Source: an uncultured SAR86 cluster bacterium
GTDB lineage: Bacteria > Pseudomonadota > Gammaproteobacteria > Magnimaribacterales > AG-339-G14
Assembly: GCA_902566305.1 (NCBI GenBank)
Contig: CACFIK010000007.1
Span: forward strand, 1,691-65,690
Direction of reading: 5' to 3'
DNA: 64,000 bases
The notes below the pieces were generated by a model, which was not told the origin of the DNA, searched no databases, and saw only the letters and a program-made list of their open reading frames with translations. This document shows positions 55,191 through 64,000 of this stretch, in pieces; within the stretch, counting starts at the first letter, position 1, and each line of letters begins with the position of its first letter. Position numbers and translations under genes: made by a program.

Positions 55191-55219
55191 ATTTTAGATA
55201 TGAAGATAGTCTAGGTCAA
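55191..55219 (-). promoter_or_regulatory. candidate sigma70 promoter of the str operon (rpsL-rpsG-fusA)
   Basis: Minus strand reads TTGACC (55214..55219)-17 nt-TAAAAT (55191..55196) within the 51-nt rpoC-rpsL spacer. Only 11 nt separate the -10 from the rpsL ATG. Confidence 0.5.
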
Positions 55220-55230
55220 ACATTATTTAA

Positions 55231-58200
55231 TTATTCCTCAGAGATCTCTGTTCCTTCCATAGCTTCAGCTAGCTCCATTTCCAAATTAGACTCAATTTCA
55301 TCTTTTTCAGCATAGAAACCAGTACCAGCAGGAATTAATTTACCAATAATTACATTTTCTTTGAGTCCTCTAAGCTTATCGATTTTGCCAGTCACAGCCG
55401 CTTCTGTAAGAACTCTTGTTGTTTCTTGGAAAGATGCAGCTGATACGAATGAGTCAGTAGCTAGTGAAGCCTTAGTAATTCCAAGGAGAATTCTGTCAAA
55501 TTCAATTAAAGCTTTTCCATCTTCAGAAAGAGTTTTATTTTTTTCAGCAACTGCAGATATTTCGGCCTGTTCACCCAAAATAAAGTCCGAATCGCCAGGA
55601 TCAGTGATTTCAACTTTTCTTAGCATTTGTCTCAAAATCACTTCTATGTGTTTATCAGATATCTCAACTCCTTGGAGTCTATAGACATCTTGTATTTCAT
55701 TCACAACATAATCGGTGAGCTCTTCAACTCCTTTTAGGGCAAGAATATCGTGAGGGCTTAGAGGTCCATCGCTTACTACATCTCCTTTGCTAACCATCTC
55801 TCCTTCGAAAACATTAATATTTCTAGTTTTAGGAATAAGCGTCTCTGAAGTTACTTCCTCTTTGCCATCCATTTTAGTTATGACTAATCTTCTTTTTCCT
55901 TTAGTTTCTTTGCCCCAAGAAACCACCCCAGACATATCAGCTAGAATTGCTTCCTCTTTTGGTTTTCTGGCTTCAAATAAATCTGCAACTCTTGGTAAAC
56001 CACCAGTAATATCTCTAGTTTTAGATGATTCTTTAGGAATACGAGCGATGACATCACCAACTTTAATTTTTGAATTATTTGTCAAGCCAAGAATAGAGTT
56101 ACCTTCCAGAGAATATACAGCAGCGTGCTTGCCTCCAGGTAAAGTAACTTCCTTTCCTTTTTCATCCAAAATACTTACAGATGGACTTAGCTCCTTACCT
56201 GATGAAGATCTTTCAGAAACATCCAAGACTTGAGTGCTGCTCAATCCAGTTAAATCATCCTGTATGGTCTTGACTGTGATGCCTTCTTCCATATCAGATA
56301 ATTTAACTTTACCCTCAACTTCAGAAATTATAGGTCTCGTATGTGGATCCCAAGATGCAATGATATCTCCTGCCTTGGCTTTGTCTCCATCATTAACAGA
56401 AATAATAGCTCCATAAGGAACCTTGTATCTTTCTTTCTCCTGACCATTTTCATCCGATACCGATATCTCAGCTGATCTTGATATACATACATTTTTCTTT
56501 TCTCTATTTACAAGAGAATTAAGATTTGTGTATTTGACACTACCGTCATATTTAATTTGAACTTTATCTTCTTCAGAAGATCTTGAGGCTGCACCTCCTA
56601 TATGGAAAGTTCTCATTGTTAATTGTGTTCCTGGCTCACCTATTGATTGAGCGGCTACAATTCCTACAGCTTCTCCAGGATCAACAAGATTTCCTCTTCC
56701 CAAGTCTCTTCCGTAACACATTGAGCATATTCCGTAAGCTGTTTCGCAAGTTATAGGAGATCTTACAAATATTGAATCGATAGAATGATTTCCTAATTCT
56801 TGTGCAATAGCCTCATCGATAACAGTATTTGCAGGTAACTTAAATGCTCCGTCTGCTGAAGAAACTTCTTTTGCTGTGACTCTCCCTAAAACTCTATCTT
56901 TAAGCTCTAATACAGTTTCACCTCCTTCGATAATTGATTTAATTTCAATACCTTTTTCAGTCTCACAATCAACTTCTCTGACCACTAAATCTTGAGCTAC
57001 ATCAACTAATCTTCTTGTTAAGTAACCAGAGTTAGCAGTTTTCAGAGCAGTGTCTGCCAATCCTTTTCTTGCTCCATGAGTTGAAGTGAAATATTGCAAC
57101 ACTGTCAATCCTTCCCTGAAATTTGCAGTTATAGGAGTTTCAATAATTGATCCGTCTGGCTTAGCCATAAGACCTCTCATTCCTGCAAGCTGTCTTACTT
57201 GTGCGGGTGAACTTCTTGCACCAGAATCCAAGTACATATAAACAGAGTTAAAGGAATCTTGATCAACCTCTTCTCCGTCTTTGTTTGTAACTTTTTCTTT
57301 TGAGATAGTGTCCATTAGAGAGTTTGCTACTTTTTCATTAGCACGGGACCAAATATCAATGACCTTATTATATTTTTCACCTTGGGTCACTAAACCAGAT
57401 GAGTATTGAGCCTCAATATCTTTTACCTCTTGTTCAGATTTTTCAATAATTTCCGCCTTATCCTCTGGGATTAAACAATCATCAACACAAATTGAAGAGC
57501 CAGATTTAGTTGAGTATTCATAACCTTGATACATGAGCTGATCTGCAAAAATTACAGTATCTTTCAAACCACAATCTCTGTAACAAGTATTTATTAGATC
57601 GGAAATGCCTTTGCTCGTTAAAGTCTTATTAAAATGTTCGAAATTTAATCCATCTGGAGAGATTTGATAAAGTAATGCTCTTCCAACTGTAGTATCTTTG
57701 AGTTCAGTTTGACCTTCTCTATCTTTTATCCTTACTTTAACTTTTGCTTGAAGTTCAACTGCACCTGTTTCAAAAGCTCTGGACACTTCTTTAACGTCTG
57801 CAAATATAGATCCCTCACCTTTTGCATTAATTTTTTCTCTTGTCATGTAGTAAATTCCTAACACAACATCTTGGGATGGATCTATGATTGGCCTACCATT
57901 TGAAGGAGAAAGAATATTGTTACTAGCCATAAGCAAGGCACGGCATTCAAGTTGAGCTTCTAAAGTTAGCGGAACGTGCACAGCCATTTGATCGCCATCG
58001 AAATCTGCGTTGTAAGCTTTACAAACTAGAGGATGTAATTGGATGGCTTTACCTTCAATAAGTAATGGTTCAAAAGCTTGAATTCCCAATCTATGGAGTG
58101 TTGGAGCTCTATTTAAAAGAATAGGATGTTCCTTTATAACGTCGGCTAAAATATCCCAAACAACGGGCTCTTCTCTCTCAACCATCCTTTTTGCGCCTTT

Positions 58201-59379
58201 GATAGTAGTTGCTAGCTCAAGATTTTGAAGCTTCCCAAATACAAATGGTTTGAAAAGTTCAAGAGCCATTTTTTTAGGTAGACCACATTGATGCAATTTT
58301 AAGGTAGGTCCGACCACGATCACTGAACGGCCAGAATAATCAACCCTTTTTCCTAAGAGGTTTTGTCTAAATCTTCCTTGCTTACCTTTTATCATGTCAG
58401 CTAAAGATTTGAGAGGTCTTTTGTTCGAACCAGTTATAGCTCTTCCTCTTCTTCCATTATCTAAAAGAGCGTCAACTGATTCTTGGAGCATTCTTTTTTC
58501 ATTTCTGACAATAATTTCAGGAGCATTGAGCTCCATTAATCTTTTAAGTCTATTGTTTCTATTTATCACTCTTCTATATAGATCGTTAAGATCTGAAGTA
58601 GCAAATCTTCCTCCTTCAAGAGGAACCAAAGGTCTTAAATCTGGAGGTAGTACAGGCAACACATCGAGGATCATCCATTCAGGCTTATTGGAAGAATTAC
58701 TGAATGATTTTATGATTTTCATCCTTTTAGAAAGTTTTTTTATTTTTGCTTCAGACTTGGTTTCTGTCATTTGTTGTTCAATCAAAGCAATTTCTTCTTC
58801 TAAATCCATCTCCATTAGGAGTGTCTTGACTGCTTCTGCTCCCATTCCTGCTCTGAATTCTTCACCATAATTTTCAAGAGCCTCGTAATACTCTTCTTCA
58901 TCTAAAATCTGACAACTTTCAAGATCTGTCATTCCTGGATCAGTAACTACAAAAGATTCAAAATATAGAATTCTTTCTAATTCTCTTAACGTCATATCTA
59001 AAAGAAGAGCAATTCTCGAAGGCAGAGATTTTAGAAACCAAATATGGGCAACGGGCGCAGCTAGTTCAATATGCCCCATTCTCTCTCTTCTAACTTTAGC
59101 TAATGTGACTTCTACTCCACATTTTTCGCACACTACTCCCCTGTGCTTCATCCTTTTGTATTTGCCACATATGCATTCATAATCCTTTATGGGACCGAAA
59201 ATCTTTGCGCAAAAAAGACCGTCTCTTTCAGGCTTAAATGTTCTGTAGTTAATTGTTTCTGGTTTTTTTACTTCCCCAAAAGACCATGATCTTATTTGTT
59301 GGGGTGAAGCCAAACCTGCTTTGATAGCATTGAAATCTTCTTGTTCGCCTTGGTTGAATAACTTTAATAAATCTTTCAT
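55231..59379 (-). CDS. rpoC: DNA-directed RNA polymerase beta' subunit
   Basis: Start at [10 protein letters not shown] (ATG 59379), colinear with E. coli MKDLLKFLK, with GAGGAGG 9 nt upstream. NADFDGDQM catalytic motif. The track ORF start at 59409 would overlap rpoB. Confidence 0.98.
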   Translation of the reverse strand: MKDLLKLFNQGEQEDFNAIKAGLASPQQIRSWSFGEVKKPETINYRTFKPERDGLFCAKIFGPIKDYECICGKYKRMKHRGVVCEKCGVEVTLAKVRRERMGHIELAAPVAHIWFLKSLPSRIALLLDMTLRELERILYFESFVVTDPGMTDLESCQILDEEEYYEALENYGEEFRAGMGAEAVKTLLMEMDLEEEIALIEQQMTETKSEAKIKKLSKRMKIIKSFSNSSNKPEWMILDVLPVLPPDLRPLVPLEGGRFATSDLNDLYRRVINRNNRLKRLMELNAPEIIVRNEKRMLQESVDALLDNGRRGRAITGSNKRPLKSLADMIKGKQGRFRQNLLGKRVDYSGRSVIVVGPTLKLHQCGLPKKMALELFKPFVFGKLQNLELATTIKGAKRMVEREEPVVWDILADVIKEHPILLNRAPTLHRLGIQAFEPLLIEGKAIQLHPLVCKAYNADFDGDQMAVHVPLTLEAQLECRALLMASNNILSPSNGRPIIDPSQDVVLGIYYMTREKINAKGEGSIFADVKEVSRAFETGAVELQAKVKVRIKDREGQTELKDTTVGRALLYQISPDGLNFEHFNKTLTSKGISDLINTCYRDCGLKDTVIFADQLMYQGYEYSTKSGSSICVDDCLIPEDKAEIIEKSEQEVKDIEAQYSSGLVTQGEKYNKVIDIWSRANEKVANSLMDTISKEKVTNKDGEEVDQDSFNSVYMYLDSGARSSPAQVRQLAGMRGLMAKPDGSIIETPITANFREGLTVLQYFTSTHGARKGLADTALKTANSGYLTRRLVDVAQDLVVREVDCETEKGIEIKSIIEGGETVLELKDRVLGRVTAKEVSSADGAFKLPANTVIDEAIAQELGNHSIDSIFVRSPITCETAYGICSMCYGRDLGRGNLVDPGEAVGIVAAQSIGEPGTQLTMRTFHIGGAASRSSEEDKVQIKYDGSVKYTNLNSLVNREKKNVCISRSAEISVSDENGQEKERYKVPYGAIISVNDGDKAKAGDIIASWDPHTRPIISEVEGKVKLSDMEEGITVKTIQDDLTGLSSTQVLDVSERSSSGKELSPSVSILDEKGKEVTLPGGKHAAVYSLEGNSILGLTNNSKIKVGDVIARIPKESSKTRDITGGLPRVADLFEARKPKEEAILADMSGVVSWGKETKGKRRLVITKMDGKEEVTSETLIPKTRNINVFEGEMVSKGDVVSDGPLSPHDILALKGVEELTDYVVNEIQDVYRLQGVEISDKHIEVILRQMLRKVEITDPGDSDFILGEQAEISAVAEKNKTLSEDGKALIEFDRILLGITKASLATDSFVSAASFQETTRVLTEAAVTGKIDKLRGLKENVIIGKLIPAGTGFYAEKDEIESNLEMELAEAMEGTEISEE

Positions 59380-59383
59380 TAGA

Positions 59384-62300
59384 TCAAACCTCCTCGAAAT
59401 CAATATCAATCGCTAAAGATCGAATTTCTTTTGTTAAAACATTATAGGATTCTGGTATTCCAGCTTCCATTTCATAAGAACCATCGACTATATTTTTATA
59501 GATTTTTGTTCTTCCATAGACATCATCAGACTTAACAGTAAGCATTTCTTGAAGAGTATGAGACGCACCATAAGCTTCAAGAGCCCAAACTTCCATCTCT
59601 CCGAGTCTTTGTCCACCAAATTGTGCTTTTCCTCCAAGCGGTTGCTGAGTAACTAAGCTGTAAGATCCTGTGGAACGTGCATGCATTTTATCTTCGATAA
59701 GATGATTAAGCTTAAGCATATACATGAACCCAACAGTGACTGGGCGATCAAATTTATCCCCTGTTCTTCCATCGTACAAAGTAGTTTGTCCAGTTTCAGG
59801 AAGGTTGGCTAACTTCAACATCTCTTTGATTTCTGCCTCTTTAGCTCCATCGAAAACTGGAGTTGCCATAGGAACACCGTTTTTAAGATTGTGGCAAAGC
59901 TCTAAGAATTCACTGTCGTTAAGAGAACTAATGTCCTGATTCATCCCTGATTTGACATAAATTTTATCTATGAATGATCTTAAGGCTTTTAAATCCTTAT
60001 AATTTTCTAGCATCTTAGATATTTCATCTCCAAGACCTTTTGCGGCTGATCCCAGATGAACTTCAAGAAGTTGTCCAACGTTCATTCTTGATGGTACTCC
60101 TAATGGATTCAATACTAAATCAACTGGCTCGCCGTTTTCATCATATGGCATATCTTCGACAGGCATGATTACCGAAATAACTCCCTTGTTACCATGCCTA
60201 CCCGCTAATTTATCACCTGGTTGGATTCTCCTTTTAATTGCAAGGTAAACTTTGATTACTTGTTGCACCCCTGGTGGTAAATCATCTCCGGAAACAATTT
60301 TTTTCTTCTTAGCATCAAATCTATTTTTGAGCATTTTTTCATATGCCTTCAAATTGTCCTTAGAATCTTTTAACTGATCATTAATATCTTCGCTTTGCAT
60401 TCTCAATTTGAACCATTCATCTGAAGCAAGGTTATCAAGAAACTCTTTAGATATTGTTTCTCCTTTGGATATCCCTCTTCCTGATATCACTTTTTGACCT
60501 GTCAAAACAGACCTTAAAGAGTTGATGGTTGCATTTGTAACGATCTCCAGCTCTTCATCAAGATCTTTTTGGATTTCTGCTAAAGAGACAGATTCAATAA
60601 CAGAAGCTCTTGGATTTTTTTCTAATCCTTCTCTTGTATAAATTTGAACATCAATTACTGTGCCATCAGCACCACTTGGGACTCTTAGAGAGGTATCTTT
60701 TACATCTGCTGCTTTTTCTCCGAATATTGCTCTAAGAAGTTTCTCTTCAGGAGAAAGTTGAGTTTCGCCTTTTGGTGTAACTTTTCCAACTAAAATATCT
60801 CCCGCCTTAACTTGTGCTCCAATGTGAACAACTCCGCACTCATCAAGTTTCCCTAATGCGGACTCTCCTACATTAGGAATGTCAGCTGTGATTTCATCTG
60901 GTCCTAATTTTGTATCTCTAGCTGTACAGGTAAGTTCTTGTATATGAATACTTGTAAGCTTATCTTCTTTTACAAGTTTGTCAGAAATAAGAATAGAGTC
61001 CTCAAAGTTGTATCCGTGCCAAGGCATGAAAGCAATTTTGATATTTTGGCCAAGTGCTAACTCTCCTAAATCAATTGAAGAGCCGTCAGCCAAGATATCT
61101 CCCTTAGCAACTTTATCTCCAACTTTAACTATTGGTTTTTGATTCATGCATGTATTTTGATTAGACCTTGTGTACTTTGTGAGGTTGTATATATCTACAG
61201 CTGAGTTAGTTGAAGAGATTTCTTTCATGTCTTTTCTGACCACTATTCTTCCAGAATCGACCTTTTCAACAGTCCCTTTATTTTCTGCTATTACACAATC
61301 ACCTGAATCTTTGGCAATCAATCTTTCCATTCCTGTTCCAACAAGAGGAGCCTCTGTCTTCAAGGTAGGAACTGCTTGTCTCATCATGTTAGAGCCCATT
61401 AAAGCTCTGTTAGCGTCATCGTGCTCCAAGAAAGGTATAAGTGATGCAGCGATAGATACTACCTGCTGAGGAGATACATCCATTAACTCCACTCTATCAG
61501 CTGACATAAGTTCAAATTCATTTTTAAATCTAACAGGAACAAGTTCGTCAACAAATTTATTATTTTTATCAAGCAATGCGCTTGCTTGTGCAATAACAAA
61601 TTCGCCTTCTTCTATTGCAGAAATGTACTTAATGTCTTCAGTCACTTTGCCATTTACTACTTGTCTATATGGCGTTTCAATAAATCCAAAATCATTGACC
61701 TTGGCAAAAACAGATAAAGAATTTATTAATCCAATATTAGGTCCTTCAGGAGTTTCTATTGGACAAACTCTTCCGTAATGACTTGGGTGAACGTCCCTAA
61801 CTTCAAAGCCGGCTCTTTCTCTTGTTAAGCCCCCTGGCCCCAGTGCTGAAACTCTTCTTTTGTGGGTAATTGCCGCAAGTGGATTATTCTGATCCATGAA
61901 TTGTGACAGTTGACTTGAACCAAAAAATTCATTGATTGCAGCAGTTACAGGCTTTGCGTTGATTAAATCTGCTGGCCCAAAGCCCTCAGCTTCAGCTACA
62001 TTCAATCTTTCTCTGACAGCTCTTTCCACTCTTAAAAGACCAACTCTGACTTGGTTCGATACCATTTCGCCAACTGATCTTATTCGTCTGTTTCCTAAAT
62101 GATCTATATCGTCACAATCTTGCTTTCCATTTCTTATATCAACAAGAGTTTTTGTCACATCAATGATGTCTTCCTTGCTTAATATTCCAGGTCCCTGAAG
62201 GTCTTCTCTTCCTAGACGACGGTTGAATTTCATTCTTCCAACGTCAGAAAGATCATACTTTTCTGAATTAAAAAATAAGTTTTCAAAAAGATTTGTTGCT

Positions 62301-63463
62301 GCTTCTTTAGTTGGAGGCTCTCCTGGTCTCATCATTCTGTAGATCTCAGCTAAAGCTTCTAATTGTGAAGTAGTTGTATCAGACCTCAAAGTTTCTGAAA
62401 TGTAAGGCCCTGATTCAAGCTCATTAATGTATAGAACTTTAATTTCTTTAAGTTTCTGTTCTTGGATAGCTTTAACAATTGTTTCATCGATAACAGAATT
62501 ACATGATATGAGAAGCTCCCCTGTTTCTTTATTAATGATATCTTCAGCTGTAATTAATCCATTCAAGCCTTCAGAATCCAAAGATATTGTTTTTATTTTA
62601 TTGGAATCAATAAGCCTAATGTGTCTTGCAGTAATTCTTTGGCCTTTTTCAACAATAGTGTCTTTACCATCTTTATCCTTTATTTCAACAGGGGATATCC
62701 TTCCCATCAGTCTTCTAGAATTGATTTTAAGAGAGAATCCTTGTGGGGTTACAGAATAGGTTTCTGATTCATAAAACGTTTCTAATATCTCCTGATTAAC
62801 CATTCCTAAAGCCTTAAGCAAAATTGAGGCTAAAAGCTTTCTTCTTCTGTCTATTCTTATATAAACAAGATCTTTATGATCAAATTCGAAATCTAGCCAT
62901 GATCCTCTATAAGGAATTACTCTTGAAGCGTAAAGCAATTTTCCTGAAGAATGTGTTTTACCTTTGTCATGATCGAAAATTAACCCAGGGGATCTATGCA
63001 ATTGAGAAACTACAACTCTTTCAACACCATTTATAACGAATGTTCCATAAGTTGTCATTAGAGGTATGGTCCCCATGTAGACCTTCTCTTCTCGAGCAGA
63101 TTTTAGAATTTCCTCTCCAGTAGTTTTATCCAAGAAAGAAATCCTGCATATGATTCTCATGGTTGATTCATATGTAGTGCCTCTAGCAATACATTCGCTT
63201 ACATCGAATTCCGGCTCATCAAGCTCGTATCCCAGATATTCAATTTTTGCATTACCTGAAACACTGATGATAGGGAAAATGGAGTGAAATACTCCATGAA
63301 GACCCTGCTTTTGCCTTTCATCTGGTGAAAGGTGAGATTGTAAAAATTCCTTGTAAGAATTTGTTTGAACCTCAAGAATGTCAGGAAAATCCATGACACT
63401 TGAAATTTTTTCAAAACTATTTCTTATTCTTTTCTTTTCAGCAAAACTATATTTATTTGGCAT
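59384..63463 (-). CDS. rpoB: DNA-directed RNA polymerase beta subunit
   Basis: 1359 aa. Conserved blocks [16 protein letters not shown] (rifampicin cluster region), GRHGNKGV and [11 protein letters not shown]. Confidence 0.98.
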   Translation of the reverse strand: MPNKYSFAEKKRIRNSFEKISSVMDFPDILEVQTNSYKEFLQSHLSPDERQKQGLHGVFHSIFPIISVSGNAKIEYLGYELDEPEFDVSECIARGTTYESTMRIICRISFLDKTTGEEILKSAREEKVYMGTIPLMTTYGTFVINGVERVVVSQLHRSPGLIFDHDKGKTHSSGKLLYASRVIPYRGSWLDFEFDHKDLVYIRIDRRRKLLASILLKALGMVNQEILETFYESETYSVTPQGFSLKINSRRLMGRISPVEIKDKDGKDTIVEKGQRITARHIRLIDSNKIKTISLDSEGLNGLITAEDIINKETGELLISCNSVIDETIVKAIQEQKLKEIKVLYINELESGPYISETLRSDTTTSQLEALAEIYRMMRPGEPPTKEAATNLFENLFFNSEKYDLSDVGRMKFNRRLGREDLQGPGILSKEDIIDVTKTLVDIRNGKQDCDDIDHLGNRRIRSVGEMVSNQVRVGLLRVERAVRERLNVAEAEGFGPADLINAKPVTAAINEFFGSSQLSQFMDQNNPLAAITHKRRVSALGPGGLTRERAGFEVRDVHPSHYGRVCPIETPEGPNIGLINSLSVFAKVNDFGFIETPYRQVVNGKVTEDIKYISAIEEGEFVIAQASALLDKNNKFVDELVPVRFKNEFELMSADRVELMDVSPQQVVSIAASLIPFLEHDDANRALMGSNMMRQAVPTLKTEAPLVGTGMERLIAKDSGDCVIAENKGTVEKVDSGRIVVRKDMKEISSTNSAVDIYNLTKYTRSNQNTCMNQKPIVKVGDKVAKGDILADGSSIDLGELALGQNIKIAFMPWHGYNFEDSILISDKLVKEDKLTSIHIQELTCTARDTKLGPDEITADIPNVGESALGKLDECGVVHIGAQVKAGDILVGKVTPKGETQLSPEEKLLRAIFGEKAADVKDTSLRVPSGADGTVIDVQIYTREGLEKNPRASVIESVSLAEIQKDLDEELEIVTNATINSLRSVLTGQKVISGRGISKGETISKEFLDNLASDEWFKLRMQSEDINDQLKDSKDNLKAYEKMLKNRFDAKKKKIVSGDDLPPGVQQVIKVYLAIKRRIQPGDKLAGRHGNKGVISVIMPVEDMPYDENGEPVDLVLNPLGVPSRMNVGQLLEVHLGSAAKGLGDEISKMLENYKDLKALRSFIDKIYVKSGMNQDISSLNDSEFLELCHNLKNGVPMATPVFDGAKEAEIKEMLKLANLPETGQTTLYDGRTGDKFDRPVTVGFMYMLKLNHLIEDKMHARSTGSYSLVTQQPLGGKAQFGGQRLGEMEVWALEAYGASHTLQEMLTVKSDDVYGRTKIYKNIVDGSYEMEAGIPESYNVLTKEIRSLAIDIDFEEV

Positions 63464-63484
63464 AAAAATTGTATGTATTTAAAG

Positions 63485-63868
63485 TTATTTAAGTTCGACA
63501 GTTGCTCCAGCTTCCTCTAATTGAGATTTAGCTTGTTCAGCTTCATCTTTGTTAGCCCCTTCTTTTAATGATGAAGGTGCTCCATCAACAAGTGCTTTAG
63601 CTTCTTTTAATCCAAGACCAGTAATGGTCCTAACAACTTTAATTACATCAATTTTCTTATCACCAACTTCAGCAAGGAAAATCTCGAACTCAGATTTTTC
63701 TTCTGCAGCTTCGCCAGCTGCATCTCCTGCTGGAGCTGCTGCTACTGCAGCGACAGGTGCTGCGGCAGTGACTCCAAATTTATCTTCCATAAGTTTAATC
63801 AGATCAACCATATCCATGACACTCATGTCGGATATTGCATCTAATATTTCTTCTTTTGATAGCGCCAT
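63485..63868 (-). CDS. rplL: 50S ribosomal protein L7/L12
   Basis: Ala-rich hinge [14 protein letters not shown] and C-terminal domain [32 protein letters not shown] upstream. Confidence 0.98.
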   Translation of the reverse strand: MALSKEEILDAISDMSVMDMVDLIKLMEDKFGVTAAAPVAAVAAAPAGDAAGEAAEEKSEFEIFLAEVGDKKIDVIKVVRTITGLGLKEAKALVDGAPSSLKEGANKDEAEQAKSQLEEAGATVELK

Positions 63869-63892
63869 TACTACTCCTTTTAAAGTTTAGAA

Positions 63893-64000
63893 TTAAGATT
63901 TAGTTTCTTTTACCGCATCCAAAGTTCTAACAAAGTTTGAAGGTAGATTCTGTAACCCACCTGCAAATTTCTGAATTGGACTTTGAAGCACACTCATTAA
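63893..64000 (-). CDS. rplJ: 50S ribosomal protein L10, 3' fragment (5' end beyond the window)
   Basis: Hand translation of the minus strand gives ...SVLQSPIQKFAGGLQNLPSNFVRTLDAVKETKS then TAA at 63893..63895. This resembles the E. coli L10 C-terminus (..LVRTLAAVRDAKE..), and the position upstream of rplL fits. Confidence 0.8.
   Translation of the reverse strand, partial: LMSVLQSPIQKFAGGLQNLPSNFVRTLDAVKETKS

Noticed and set aside
55361-58870. Plus-strand ORFs of 60-158 aa inside rpoC (55361..55684, 55787..56233, 56234..56416, 58394..58870), with similar ones inside rpoB (59724..59939, 61170..61469, 62427..62759, 62824..63036)
   Set aside because: They are antisense to strongly conserved coding sequence. 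Their products are S/L/I/F-rich and low in complexity, with no recognisable motifs and no SD sequences. These are typical shadow ORFs on the strand complementary to long genes.

Overview
This window is visibly AT-rich, very gene-dense core chromosome from a streamlined gammaproteobacterium. The evidence is a fabA-fabB pair, a single-Cys Pseudomonas-type Fur, and Pseudomonas-like gene orders: bamE/fur..grpE-dnaK-dnaJ-dapB, frr-uppS-cdsA-dxr-rseP-bamA, rplU-rpmA-obg-proB/rpsT and ssb/uvrA/rplQ. A marine SAR86-like lineage is only a guess. I annotate 75 protein genes (2 cut by the window edges), one tmRNA and a few promoter/leader elements.

Layout:
- 1-2671: gpx fragment, holD-like/rimI, leuA.
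- 2668-26560: 23 co-directional minus-strand genes, fur-grpE-dnaK-dnaJ-dapB then rpsB-tsf-pyrH-frr-uppS-cdsA-dxr-rseP-bamA-skp-lpxD-fabZ-lpxA-lpxB-rnhB-dnaE-accA-tilS.
- 26577-39093: bamE, an NSS transporter, smpB-ssrA, a prolyl oligopeptidase, rpsT, proB-obg-rpmA-rplU, fabA-fabB, ssb, uvrA.
- 39090-64000: 35 co-directional minus-strand genes, rplJ-rplL-rpoB-rpoC-rpsL-rpsG-fusA then the S10/spc/alpha ribosomal genes through rplQ.

I saw no tRNA, rRNA, IS element, transposase, integrase, phage gene, CRISPR array, toxin-antitoxin or defence-like gene. Every unannotated track ORF is a shadow ORF inside a conserved gene. I therefore find no credible candidate for a novel biological system; this looks like ordinary housekeeping DNA.

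The second-look items are modest and mostly reflect genome compaction:
- tuf is missing between fusA and rpsJ, replaced by a near-consensus promoter plus a perfect hairpin leader.
- fur overlaps grpE where pseudomonads carry recN, and there is no LexA box at ssb/uvrA.
- A miniature psi-like ORF sits upstream of rimI.
- Convergent genes overlap or share interlocked stop codons.
- The classic leaders and attenuators are absent at rplL-rpoB, S10-spc and spc-alpha.
- rpsL appears to lack both a Shine-Dalgarno (SD) sequence and a usable leader.
- DnaJ has a degenerate first zinc-finger motif.
- The tmRNA tag is short and resumes on GGC.
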